The notes beneath the pieces are model-generated. The model did no database searches. It saw only the letters and a list, made by a program, of their open reading frames with translations, and was not told the origin of the DNA. From a virus (lineage: Duplodnaviria > Heunggongvirae > Uroviricota > Caudoviricetes): a stretch of DNA of 64,000 bases. The stretch lies in the IMG/VR virus record IMGVR_UViG_3300037400_003880; one strand, written 5' to 3'. Positions 46,567-56,665 of the stretch are shown here, piece by piece (position 1 is the first letter of the stretch; every line of letters starts with the position of its first letter). Position numbers and translations under genes: made by a program.

Positions 46567-47508
46567 TTAGCTCCTCCTTAAATAGTTAATTACACTTTGG
46601 ACAGCAATTGCTCCATCTGCTGCGGCTGTCAAAGCTTGTCTAACTTGTTTCTGTCTTATATCTCCAGCGGCAAATAAACCTCTGTATTTTGTACTGCAAT
46701 CGCTGTCTGTAATTATATGACCATTTTCGTCCCAACAGTGGAGAAAAATATCAAGAGGAGCAATGTTTGGCTTCATTCCAATTGCAACAAAAATTCCATC
46801 AGTCCTAAGAACACAATTACCGTCAATATTTCCACAGCATGCTTGTTCAGAATATAAATGCCATCTCTTTTCAACATCTGCTTCTGCCTTAAAGATTTTG
46901 TCTACAGGATAGTCTTGAAGAATAAAAACATTATCAAGCTTACGAACTCTATTTTCTGTTGAGGGCGCGGCAGTAATATTTCTGTCACACATTACAATAT
47001 TGACTTCCTTACAAATTTTAGACAAGTATTCCGCTTGTGTAAATGCTACGTCACCACCACCAATAATAGCAACTGTCTTGTCTTTATAAATAGGTCCATC
47101 GCAAATCGCACAGTAATGAACAGGTGCCCCGACTTCTATTTCGCATTTTAACTTATAAGGTGTTGCACCGAGAGCATAGATAATACTTTTTGCTTCATCC
47201 ATAGTACCATCTGAATAGTTGACAATATATTCCTGCGGAGAAATGCCTGTTGCTTTTTTAACAGAGACAATTTCATGCTCTTCAATTTGAATATCATTAG
47301 CTTCAAGTTGGCCGTGAAGGCTCATAGCCAAATCAAAACCAGTTTGACTGCCGGCGCAGGGGTAATTCTCTACGAGAACAGCATTTCCAATTTGACCAAA
47401 GTCATATTCATCTTTGCCAACAATTTTAAAATCAAAATTGGCTCGTTTTGCATAGAGTGCGGCAGTCATACCTGCCATACCATTTCCAAGAATTATTAGG
47501 TCTTTCAT
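46567..47508 (-). CDS. trxB: Thioredoxin reductase
   Basis: GNGMAG, HYCAICDG, GGGDVA, GLFAAGD. Confidence 0.92.
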   Translation of the reverse strand: MKDLIILGNGMAGMTAALYAKRANFDFKIVGKDEYDFGQIGNAVLVENYPCAGSQTGFDLAMSLHGQLEANDIQIEEHEIVSVKKATGISPQEYIVNYSDGTMDEAKSIIYALGATPYKLKCEIEVGAPVHYCAICDGPIYKDKTVAIIGGGDVAFTQAEYLSKICKEVNIVMCDRNITAAPSTENRVRKLDNVFILQDYPVDKIFKAEADVEKRWHLYSEQACCGNIDGNCVLRTDGIFVAIGMKPNIAPLDIFLHCWDENGHIITDSDCSTKYRGLFAAGDIRQKQVRQALTAAADGAIAVQSVINYLRRS

Positions 47509-47990
47509 TAACAATCCTCCAATCTTCTTGCGTATTGATTATCTGAAGATAGTTCTATCCCGAGCAATTCATCAAAACGATGAGGCTTGTCTGGAATAAA
47601 ACGTCCAAATTTAATTATAATATTTTTATAATTAGCTGATAATAAATCTAAATATGAAGGAATCTCTTCTGGATAATATCCTGTATATATTACAATATCA
47701 TCTTTACTACAATCCCGAAAATCAGCAATAAAAGCAAATAAGTCATTAAAATCATCAAAAGGCTCTAAACCGCCAAAGACAATTGCTTCAGTAATGGGAT
47801 TGGTAATATATCTTTGGATAATTTCTTCATCATCAATTTCAATAGTCGGCGCTAAAGCCAACTCAGAATTTTGACAGACATCGCGGCCGCATTCTTTGTC
47901 GCACTTAAAAGAACATTTGCTAAATCCTACAAACATCGAAGGTTTTCTATAATTGCAAAAATCTTCATCAATCAAGTTCTTTATTAGCAT
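47508..47990 (-). CDS. nrdG: Anaerobic RNR activating radical-SAM enzyme
   Basis: CSFKC...CQN, FGGLEP, YTGY, KFGRF, LSSDNQ; same operon as nrdD. Confidence 0.88.
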   Translation of the reverse strand: MLIKNLIDEDFCNYRKPSMFVGFSKCSFKCDKECGRDVCQNSELALAPTIEIDDEEIIQRYITNPITEAIVFGGLEPFDDFNDLFAFIADFRDCSKDDIVIYTGYYPEEIPSYLDLLSANYKNIIIKFGRFIPDKPHRFDELLGIELSSDNQYARRLEDC

Positions 47991-48333
47991 TAACTTCCTC
48001 CTAGATTTTTTGTATTGCAGCTTTTACATTCTCGCTTGAAATAGCATGAATTAATGGTATTTTATTATATTCATTAATAATTTTCTCTTCAGGAATTGAT
48101 TTAAATTCGGCAAATGTTCCTAAATGATCTGTATTGTATTTACCCCAAATGTCGATAAATATTTGATCTAATATTTCATTTAATATTTCTTCGGTATCAT
48201 GTTCTCTATAGTCGTCAATTGTAATATCAAGTGGACCAATATCATCTACTGGTCCACCCATAAGCCTTTTTCCTTGTAACTTTTTATTTATCTCTTTCAT
48301 TTTTTCAATATCATCAGGTGATAACAGGATCAT
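47968..48333 (-). CDS. Hypothetical protein (ends at 48001 if TAG is a stop)
   Basis: Track ORF 48001..48333; TAG read-through extends it to TGA at 47968. Confidence 0.55.
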
Positions 48334-48874
48334 TCTATTTCCTCATTTCTTTTAATCTTTCTTTACAATTATCAATTTTAATTTCCTTAAAAGTTTTCTT
48401 CGGCTTTAAAAAAGTAATTTTAGAAGAAGATTGAAGTTTCTCCTCCTCAAAAGAAATCTCATAATTAGGACAATTTTCATCATCTACCCAAATAAGATTA
48501 TGAGGATAAAAATAAAAAATAACTGGGAAAGTAAAAGGATCACCATCCGCAGCAAGAGAAAATGGTTGGGCAAGAATCTCTGAAGGAGAAATTGCAAAAC
48601 ATAATGGTTCATCTTCTCCGGTATTCCTATTCCTTTTAAAAGTTCTAAAATAGAAAGTCTTTATTTCTTCATCATATGGAATATGATACCAATCTTCAAG
48701 GTCTCCCAATGCTCCAGTAATAGAGCATTTCCAGTTCTTTTTCTCATATAAAGGAGTAAAGTCAACTCTTTTTAATGCTCTAGAATAGTAGAGAATTTCT
48801 CCATTTTCATCACAAATAAAAACATCAGGAACTTCTTTAACCCCATATTCACTTAGTCTATCAGTTTTCGTCAT
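48314..48874 (-). CDS. Hypothetical protein (ends at 48335 if TAG is a stop)
   Basis: Track ORF 48335..48874; read-through extends it to TGA at 48314. Confidence 0.6.
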
Positions 48875-50798
48875 TATTAATCCTCTCCCATTTTCTCATT
48901 TTGTACTCTGCTTTTCTTTCTTTTGTCCAGCTTTTAATTGGTGTGAGGAATCCAACAATTCTTGTATACTCAGTTGCGATAGGCTTACCACAAATAGGGC
49001 AGGTAGTACCATAGAAAGCGTGATTGTCTTCGCAAGCCTAAATCTTTGTATTGAAAGCAAAATAAGTTACTCCCTGATCAGCAATATATTCAACCATTTT
49101 CTTTGCTGTTTCAAAATTCTTAAATGGAGCATCAATATTTGCATGAAGAATGGAACCGCCATTGCAGAAGCTGTCAAACAGAGCTTGTACACGAACTCTT
49201 TCCTGGAGAGTTGCTTTAACACCGAGCGGCATAAACTGATTGCCATAAAGAGGTAAATCATAAATATTTGCTTTGGGATAAAAGAATTTATCTTTTCTCA
49301 TAAGTTTCGCCGCGGCATTTTCACCCGGAATCTGTTCTGTATTAATCATATAATCACATTCATTTTCCTTAATGAAGTTGTCTGCTACTTCTCTCATTAT
49401 CTTAAAGATGCGCTCACCAAAGTCCTCTCCTTCTTTAGTGTAATAAGTATTGCCAAGCTTGTCCTGATAAGTGAAACCAAATTTCTTAAGAGCTTCATAA
49501 ATTCCAATAAAACCGATTGTATTATAGCAAGACTTGAAATCAATTAAGCCATAAGAGAAGTTTGGAAGGAGTCCCTTTTCTACATTTCTCTTAATAATAT
49601 GACGAACGACATGAAGTGCTCTAACTGCACATAAAACTCTTTCCTGAAGCTCATCGAAAAACTCTTCTGTACTATTGGTATCAAGAGCAAGACGAGCAAG
49701 GTTTATTGTATTAACCTTAATAGAGCCGACCTTGAGAGCAGTACCACCGACAGAATTGAAGTAACCAAGATCCTTAATATCACTTTTGAGGCGGCAGCAA
49801 TTAGAAAGACTTGAAACATTATCATCAATAAAGAGATTAGAGTCAGACCATTGCATATTATGCGCAATCGCCCAATTAGCGAATTCTTCATCAATAAATT
49901 TTCCATCTTTTCTAATCATAGAAATTGTAGAAACAGGAAAAGTAAACATATTTTCTTTTCTTACGTTTGCCATTACTTCCATATATAATTTCTGGAAATT
50001 CATAATTCCTTCAATATGGTCAACCATGAATTCTCCATTCGGGAATTCTGCCCCACCAAATAGTGCCATTAAATACTCTCTATCAAAGACAGAAGTGTTT
50101 GTAAAAGCAGATTGCTGTCCATCTCTTACACAAGGCTGGTTAACTGCATAAATAAAGCGCTGGATATTCTGTCTTGCATAAGACTCTCCATCTTGAATAC
50201 CTAAATAATTATTTTCTACATCCTGTTTCCAGAAATAATACATATAAGGAATTAAATTAGGAAGACCTACTGCGCCAGAAGTCCTGTTACTAGCAAAGTT
50301 AATAAATTCCTTTACAAAGTCAATAAAAGTTGTCAAATGCTTAGGAGGCTTTGGATTAAAATTATCGCCAAGAAAATAAAGTCCTTTTTCCGCTAAATCT
50401 TTTAAATCATAAGCAAAGCAATATGATTTAAAGGTTGAAGTATCTGCATCATGAAGATACAATTCTCCTACCCATTCACGTCTTAACCAATCATTAGCGG
50501 CTTTGAATCCATAAGCTTTCTGAAATTCATAATAAATTTTATTAAAAGCCATTAATTTCCTATGTGGCTTAGGCATTTCGGTGAGAAGAGTCACTACATC
50601 CTTGCGGCGCACATTTGCATTTGAATCAATACTTGCATCCGCAACAACGCCTTCATCAATAAAATTGTCAATGAAGTCTCCATAAGAGAGCTGCTCATCC
50701 GCCTAGCCGTTTAGACGAGCCAATTCTTCTCCATACTCATTCTACATACGATTCCACTAAGTGGTAAAATTTTTTCCTTCTTTTATGTTAATTAGCAT
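48861..50798 (-). CDS. nrdD: Class III anaerobic ribonucleotide reductase, no ATP cone (645 aa, 4 TAG=Gln)
   Basis: LYLHD, NCCRL, TINL, EQIPGE, HANI; after the TAG at 49038: CEDNH..CPICG and YTRIVGF glycyl-radical loop. Confidence 0.93.
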
Positions 50799-51015
50799 TA
50801 GTTTGTTCACCTACCCATTTAATTGCTTTACTAAAGTCTAAGTATGCCCCGTGAACTTCAAGAATCGGCAAAGTAACAGTGTCAAGATAATTGCAAAGTG
50901 TCATAATCGAATCTGTATCAGTGTTCACTTCATATTCAATATTTGCTGCATCAAGTTTCTTTGCTAAAACCGAACATTTCGGGCATCCAGTTGAGTACAA
51001 TACTGGTTTCGACAT
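50788..51015 (-). CDS. NrdH/glutaredoxin-like redoxin
   Basis: VLYSTGCPKC, TLPILEV; first gene of the RNR operon. Confidence 0.85.
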   Translation of the reverse strand: MSKPVLYSTGCPKCSVLAKKLDAANIEYEVNTDTDSIMTLCNYLDTVTLPILEVHGAYLDFSKAIKWVGEQTNAN

Positions 51016-51045
51016 AGCTTATCAACTCCTTTCCTTATTTTCTTA

Positions 51046-51074
51046 ATTATAACATAGAATCTTGAAAAAGTCAA
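51046..51074 (-). promoter_or_regulatory. sigmaA promoter of the redoxin-nrdD-nrdG-trxB operon
   Basis: TTGACT-17-TATAAT with TG. Confidence 0.85.
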
Positions 51075-51173
51075 GATTTTAAGTTATTCGGTAATTTTAT
51101 GTGTGATTTTACAAAAATGATTCTATAAATTTCAGATGATTTTACTAAAATCAGATTATTCAAGATAAAAAGA

Positions 51174-51199
51174 AAAGGACTGACATTTGCCAGTCCTTT
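51174..51199 (-). terminator. Intrinsic terminator
   Basis: AAAGGACTG/CAGTCCTTT stem with T tract on -. Confidence 0.7.
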
Positions 51200-51203
51200 A
51201 TGA

Positions 51204-51593
51204 TTATTCAACATCCCATGCTTTCATTTCTTCAACAATAGTATGAACATAAGAATTCCCGCCGAAAGCATCATACTAATCTAATAAACTTAATAAATCT
51301 TCTTTTACATGAATTGGGAATTTTTTATCTGCTTTATACTTCTCGTAGATATTGGTAATTGAATGTCTTAATGAAACCACTGTCGCCGCATCATTCTTAT
51401 TGAGTCTCTTTAAGACTTCTTTCATATCATCTTCCATCTAGGAATTGGCTTCTTTGCATCCATCAAGAATCATTTTGTGGAGAGCTTCTTTTGGCTTCTT
51501 AGAAATTAATCCCCAAAAGGTAATTAAAGTAATAATAATTCCAATTCCACTCCCAATTCCTTTAAAAATTGTCCATAAAGTTGCAAGAGTCAT
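51204..51593 (-). CDS. Membrane-anchored phage protein with GGNS motif (129 aa; holin-associated-like family)
   Basis: N-terminal TM GIGIIITLITFWGLI; LRHSITNIYEKY...YDAFGGNSYV; 2 TAGs; absent from the track. Confidence 0.65.
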
Positions 51594-52006
51594 TTTTTCA
51601 CCCCACTTCTTATGAGATTATCATTGTGATATTTTGTCTAAACTCTATATGATGAATTTGTGAAAATTTTTTCTAAAGTCAAATCATCTAAATCCCAATA
51701 AGGAATTCGGATTAGTGGAATCTAATGCATAAGGCAATATCTATTTTTCTATCTGTCTCTCTCTTGTTGCTTTAAAAATCCAGAATGATTTTTGTGAAAG
51801 TAAGGAACGTATTCATAGTGTTGTCTTCCATCGAATTCTACTAAGCAAAATAGTTTGTTATTTTTGATTAAACCAAAATCGTATCTTAAATAAGTTTTTC
51901 TTTTTCCTGTTAAATCACTAAAGCTTACTTCTCTAATAAATTGTATCCCACCGCGCCTAAATAAATTTATAAGTTTTTGTTCCCCTTTAGAAATTTTAGT
52001 CTCCAT
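51590..52006 (-). CDS. Vsr/DUF559-like PD-(D/E)xK endonuclease (138 aa)
   Basis: SKGE, LRYDF, VEFDGRQH, RDRQKNRYC...IPLIRIPYW; the C-terminal motif needs TAG read-through. Confidence 0.8.
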
Positions 52007-52832
52007 AATCTTCTCTCTTTTTTGGCGGAGGTGGCGGTGGAGAACAAGGTTCAGGAACAAACACAGGATACGGCATTGGCGCAAAAGCAACTTTTCCATT
52101 TTCTGGGTGGTATTGTGGAACTTTATATGGTTCAATATGAAATGTTGCTAGATGATAATATGTACCATCTTTACAAGGAACGCCCTTCGGATAGTGCGCA
52201 ATAATTCTCTTTATTCCTTCCTCTTCACTTAAGCCCCTCTCCCACTCATAGAACTCACAGTTAAGATTTGCTGAAAAATAAGTAGTATTAATTATGTCAT
52301 AATGCTCTCTTTCTTTTTCTTTCTCTTCCATTTCATTGCGCCATACTCCTAATTGAGAAGTAATAAGAATAGTAGAATCTTGATTTAGTTCATAAGGAAT
52401 TCTATAATAGACTTCATGTCCATTTTTAATTTCAAAAATTTCTTTTCTTTCATTCCAAAAGACATCAAATTGAACATAATATTCTTCAACCATATAAATG
52501 AATTGTACTATGTCTAAACTACGCCATTTTGCATCAAGGAATTTTCCTGTTTCATTATCTGTTGTCTTGACTTCTTCGGGGAAGATTTTTTCGGGATGTC
52601 TGAAGTTATATCCCTTGAAGCCGGGGAGTCGTCCGCATCTGCTATCAAACCATCCTAATTCTCTGTCTCTCTATGGATCGCCCAAAATTCTCTGCATTAA
52701 TAGGGCAGTCTTAAGATAGTCTTCTCTTAAATTGCAGACAGGGAACTTCTTACAAGTAAAACACTTCGGATGAATTTGAGTATAAGGCGGCGGCTCCGGA
52801 ATTCGAATGGGGGTTAAAAAGCATTCTCTCAT
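51996..52832 (-). CDS. Hypothetical protein with CFTC..PVC motif and Pro-rich ends (278 aa)
   Basis: GAGGTGA RBS at ATG 52832; one TAG; in frame with track ORF 51996..52493. Confidence 0.65.
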
Positions 52833-52922
52833 AAAGCTCACCTCTTAAAAAAAATAGGGAAGACCTAAGTCTTCTCCTCTAAATCAAGTATTTTTCGCTA
52901 CTTCTTACTTCAACAGATTGAT

Positions 52923-54047
52923 TTACTTAATTTGGTCAAAAGAACATTCTTCTGCGTTCTTGTCATCTCTCCATCTTACAATCTTACCATGACGTAGACT
53001 AAAACCACCATCAATATGTTCTACTTCCATCGCAGTAAGTTCTGCAACTTTCTTTTTCCATTCCTCAGTATTGTCAACAATTCCACTCTTTAATTCATCT
53101 GTAATACCAGAAATCCATCCAATATGGACTGGCTTTCCTTCTTTATAAACAGAGAATGATACTGCACTCGCCCAGCCATTATAGTAAGGTTTAGTAACAG
53201 GCTCCCAAGGAGCTCCATGACAATATTCAAAGTACATATTTTTGTTTGACTTTTCACCAGTCTTAATGTTTTCCCAATAGGGCCAGCTTTCGATTTCCTT
53301 TCCAGAATAAAGTCTGGTTGGAAGTTTATAGTCTCCATCAAGAAAAGCATCAATAGTTTGCTCAATTTCCATCTTTACTTTAAGAGTTTTCCTTGCAGTT
53401 CTCTTGCCAGGTTCAGGCTTGGAGTTTGCTCTTGTGATAACAATCCCCTCTCCGCCGGTATTAAGAATTTGACCGAGAGTATTCCAAAGTTCTTCTCCTT
53501 TAAGATACTTTGCGTAACGCATATAGTTATTAATTGGTTGAGCATACCCATTAATTTCGGCAATTTTATTAAAACGAGCTTCTGCCGTCTTATCTAGAAA
53601 GCTTTCACCGCGCCAAGCCCAAACGTCAAAAATGTAATAACAAAGTTTTTCACCGACATTTTGTCTCTCGATAGCCTTATCCTTCAAGCATCCAAGAATA
53701 GTAGTAACTTTTCTTGAGCCGCGCTGATTAGGGAAGTAAAGTTCTCCAAGAAAACAAGTTCCATTTGGGAGCCAGTCAAAGAAAACATTAAGCTGTGGCA
53801 CCCACTCATGCTTATCAAGATAATCACCTGATACAGATTTCGAACGTCCTTGAAGAATGATATTACCATCTTCATCCTTAATAAGGCGAGCATAATGTCC
53901 ATCCATCTTCTCTGCACCAAGATACTCTTCCGACATAATGAAATTTTTTGTTTCTGCCTGTCTATCTCCCTTATAAGTCTTAGGGAATGACCAGTATTTT
54001 TCCGCCTCAAGATTATGAAAATCAATTCCATCAATAAAACCGTACAT
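52923..54047 (-). CDS. lig: ATP-dependent DNA ligase
   Basis: AEKMDG (motif I), GELY, FDV, EGIV, LKVK, SLRHG..RWRDDK. Confidence 0.9.
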   Translation of the reverse strand: MYGFIDGIDFHNLEAEKYWSFPKTYKGDRQAETKNFIMSEEYLGAEKMDGHYARLIKDEDGNIILQGRSKSVSGDYLDKHEWVPQLNVFFDWLPNGTCFLGELYFPNQRGSRKVTTILGCLKDKAIERQNVGEKLCYYIFDVWAWRGESFLDKTAEARFNKIAEINGYAQPINNYMRYAKYLKGEELWNTLGQILNTGGEGIVITRANSKPEPGKRTARKTLKVKMEIEQTIDAFLDGDYKLPTRLYSGKEIESWPYWENIKTGEKSNKNMYFEYCHGAPWEPVTKPYYNGWASAVSFSVYKEGKPVHIGWISGITDELKSGIVDNTEEWKKKVAELTAMEVEHIDGGFSLRHGKIVRWRDDKNAEECSFDQIK

Positions 54048-54072
54048 TTATTGTACCTCCTTCATTTTTATA

Positions 54073-54118
54073 ATTATAACATATTATAAAAAGAAAGTCA
54101 AATGTTCATTTGACTTTC
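54073..54118 (-). promoter_or_regulatory. sigmaA promoter of the ligase with -35 inside a hairpin at the RNase H 3' end
   Basis: TTGACT-17-TATAAT; GAAAGTCAAAT-GTTC-ATTTGACTTTC. Confidence 0.78.
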
Positions 54119-54589
54119 CTTTGCTTCAACCGCTTTCTGGTCTACGAAATTATTAAATTCATCATTAGAATGACCTTTTACTTTGACCCATTCAACTGCA
54201 ATGAAACTATTTTCAAGGCTGAACACCATTTCATAGATTGTCTTAATGATTTCTAAGTTCTCAATAGGTTCATGCTTCTTGCCGCGAGTCCATCCATTTG
54301 CTTTCCATCCATTTATCCATTGAGTAAAGATGTTAATGCAATATGCAGAGTCAGAAAAAATTCTAACAACATCACATTGAGTTGTATTCTTACAGGCATA
54401 ACTTAGAGCTTCCATAATTGCAGTAAGCTCTTGCTCGTTATTTGTTGTTTTAGTGCTGCCGCCGTTTTTCCAATTAGCCACTTCATTGTCTTTAATAAGT
54501 GCCCACGCCCAGCCGCCGGGTCCTTTAGAATATTTTCCATTATTACAATTAAGCGTGCAGGCTCCATCTGTATAAAATTCATAAATCAT
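54098..54589 (-). CDS. rnhA: Ribonuclease HI
   Basis: YTDGAC, TNNEQEL, SDSAY, WVKVKGHS, VDQKA. Confidence 0.93.
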   Translation of the reverse strand: MIYEFYTDGACTLNCNNGKYSKGPGGWAWALIKDNEVANWKNGGSTKTTNNEQELTAIMEALSYACKNTTQCDVVRIFSDSAYCINIFTQWINGWKANGWTRGKKHEPIENLEIIKTIYEMVFSLENSFIAVEWVKVKGHSNDEFNNFVDQKAVEAKESQMNI

Positions 54590-55095
54590 TCTTTAATATT
54601 CTCCTCATAAAAAGTAATAGCTTTATTTCTAAAGGTTTGTAAATCATTATCGTTCTTAATAACGTAATCATAAAGAAAATTATTCACGTTATCATCTGCC
54701 GGATTCCCATAGGTTTTTGCTTCGCCTTTGGTAATGAGGATTGTTTTTGTCTCTGGGTAAAGAGATTTAAACCAAGCAATATCTTCATATTCCCGCATAT
54801 CAATAAAAACAACATCTCTCCGTAATTCTTGTGCATACTGAACATAGCGCTCAATATAATCATAATCGTAATTGTTATAATTATGCAAAAGAACTTTTAA
54901 ATCATGAAGAAAGGCCCTGTCTTTATTGTCTTTCTTCCCATCCCAGCCAATGTGCTTCGCAATTGATTTAATAGGTGTGATAATAGATAGAATTGAAGTA
55001 TCTTTATGATAAATATGCTGCGCGTATGTGTGGATAGTCTCTTCAAAAGTTGTCTTTCCGCAACCACCCTGTCCATTCACGATAAAAATTTTCAT
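54586..55095 (-). CDS. P-loop deoxynucleoside-monophosphate kinase-like protein
   Basis: IVNGQGGCGKTT, PIK, R..L, FIDMRE, YDYVIKN. Confidence 0.75.
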   Translation of the reverse strand: MKIFIVNGQGGCGKTTFEETIHTYAQHIYHKDTSILSIITPIKSIAKHIGWDGKKDNKDRAFLHDLKVLLHNYNNYDYDYIERYVQYAQELRRDVVFIDMREYEDIAWFKSLYPETKTILITKGEAKTYGNPADDNVNNFLYDYVIKNDNDLQTFRNKAITFYEENIKE

Positions 55096-55994
55096 TAAAT
55101 CTCTCCTAACATTTCATATTTTTTATTATCATACTCCCAATTTCCATAAAAGTCAATATGACAGGATGAAAAATTATGATAAATATAATAAGGTATTTCC
55201 ATATTATTTATATTATTATCGCCAGGAATATTTGCTTTATTGCTAACATATGTTGCAAATTCTGGTGCAGATAACATTTGGGGAGATTGTTCATCATAAA
55301 AATAAAAAACTAATCCATCGTAATCTTCAATTTCTGAAAGAAGTGCTGAATCTTCCTCAATATTATTAATTAATTTAACTGCGGCAATATTTTTCTCATA
55401 TTTAAAAGTCAAGTTTTTGCACCATTCATCATTTGTTCCATTTAAAAAATTATTAAAAGCTTCAATCTCCATACTATCTAATTGTATTTTATCTTTTTTA
55501 ATATAGCCAATATGATAAAAAATTTGAGAAGCTTTTAATTGTTCTGGTGTAAAACGAGCTATCGGCGTCCATGTTTTACAGGGGAAATCATTAAAGATTT
55601 TTTCCATTCCTAGTACATTATATAGAGGGTTAACTGGTTGTACAATGACACAGCTATTTTTTTCTTTCCAATATTTTTTGGCAAAGAATGGATGAATTTT
55701 CTTTTCATTTTTAACATATTGTTTAGTATGCCTAGTTTTCCCCATAATCAAAATTTGAAAATTGAATTTACAAATTGATTGCAAATTTTTTAACATCCTG
55801 TAACAGATGAGACTCAGTAAATCATCTTTATAATCAAGAATAAAAATTCTTTCCGGCATATCTTTATAAAGATATTCAAATTCATTCATGCGGCGATTTA
55901 TGAGCCAATTTGTTTGAGCCTCAAGAGAGAATCCTGGAATAGGATACTCAAGGTTTAAGTCATACATTAAAATTTTACGTTGTGCTTCTAGCAT
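55095..55994 (-). CDS. Hypothetical protein (possibly degenerate PP-loop/NadE-like fold)
   Basis: Track ORF with its own RBS and promoter; only weak resemblance (ILDYKDDLLS, WTPIARF). Confidence 0.6.
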   Translation of the reverse strand: MLEAQRKILMYDLNLEYPIPGFSLEAQTNWLINRRMNEFEYLYKDMPERIFILDYKDDLLSLICYRMLKNLQSICKFNFQILIMGKTRHTKQYVKNEKKIHPFFAKKYWKEKNSCVIVQPVNPLYNVLGMEKIFNDFPCKTWTPIARFTPEQLKASQIFYHIGYIKKDKIQLDSMEIEAFNNFLNGTNDEWCKNLTFKYEKNIAAVKLINNIEEDSALLSEIEDYDGLVFYFYDEQSPQMLSAPEFATYVSNKANIPGDNNINNMEIPYYIYHNFSSCHIDFYGNWEYDNKKYEMLGEI

Positions 55995-56022
55995 TTAACG
56001 TCACCTCACTTTTCTTATTATT

Positions 56023-56104
56023 ATTATAGCAATTTTTTCTTAAAAAGTCAATTTAATAGAGATTAAATGATTAATTTGACTTTATTTGAACAGGATGTTA
56101 CAAT
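56023..56104. promoter_or_regulatory. Back-to-back divergent sigmaA promoters at the strand switch
   Basis: - strand TTGACT-17-TATAAT (56051-56023); + strand TTGACT-17-TACAAT (56076-56104). Confidence 0.8.
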
Positions 56105-56124
56105 ATTAAAGGAGATGGATGAGA

Positions 56125-56373
56125 ATGACTATTACATATAAACTTAAAAAAGATATTGTAGCAAGAACTGCTGCATAGTTAAATTGGAATTTGAAACGAG
56201 TACATTCTTCTATTCGAATCATTCATGGAGATAGAATTGTTAATGGAAAATCTCTGATTGGAATAATGTCTGCTAATATGAGATTTAATGATATTATTTC
56301 TATTATTATAGATGAATTTACCGACATTGAAGAAGTAAAAGAATATTTTAATGAGGTTGGGAGGGAAATTTAA
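56125..56373 (+). CDS. HPr/Crh-like protein lacking the phosphocarrier His (82 aa)
   Basis: DIVARTAAQL (cf. GLHARPAA) and VNGKSLIGIMS (Ser46 motif) at the exact 31-residue spacing. Confidence 0.8.
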
Positions 56374-56579
56374 TGAGTGAGATTGATTATGATAGTTTAA
56401 TTTAGAAAGATATTTCTAGGATGGTAAATCCAACAAATTAGGTTAAAAGATTTAATTTTAATTTAGAACCAAATACTTGTTATGTTTTTAAAGATGCGTT
56501 TGCACAAAAATAGATTGAAGCTCTTTGTAATAAAATTGAAGAATTAGAGGAAGAAATTGAAAAATTAAAGAATAAATAA
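56373..56579 (+). CDS. Small coiled-coil hypothetical protein (68 aa, 3 TAG)
   Basis: TAATG overlap with the HPr-like gene; ends at TAA. Confidence 0.55.
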
Positions 56580-56665
56580 ACCCGATTTTTTTAGATAAAA
56601 AGAAAAATATAAATACTTTTAAATGAGCGCAATGCGCGTGATAAATAAAAAAAGAGGTGATTTTT

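Noticed and set aside
51655-51672. TTGACTTT as another promoter
   Set aside because: No -10 at 17 bp; it lies within the read-through C-terminus of the Vsr-like gene.
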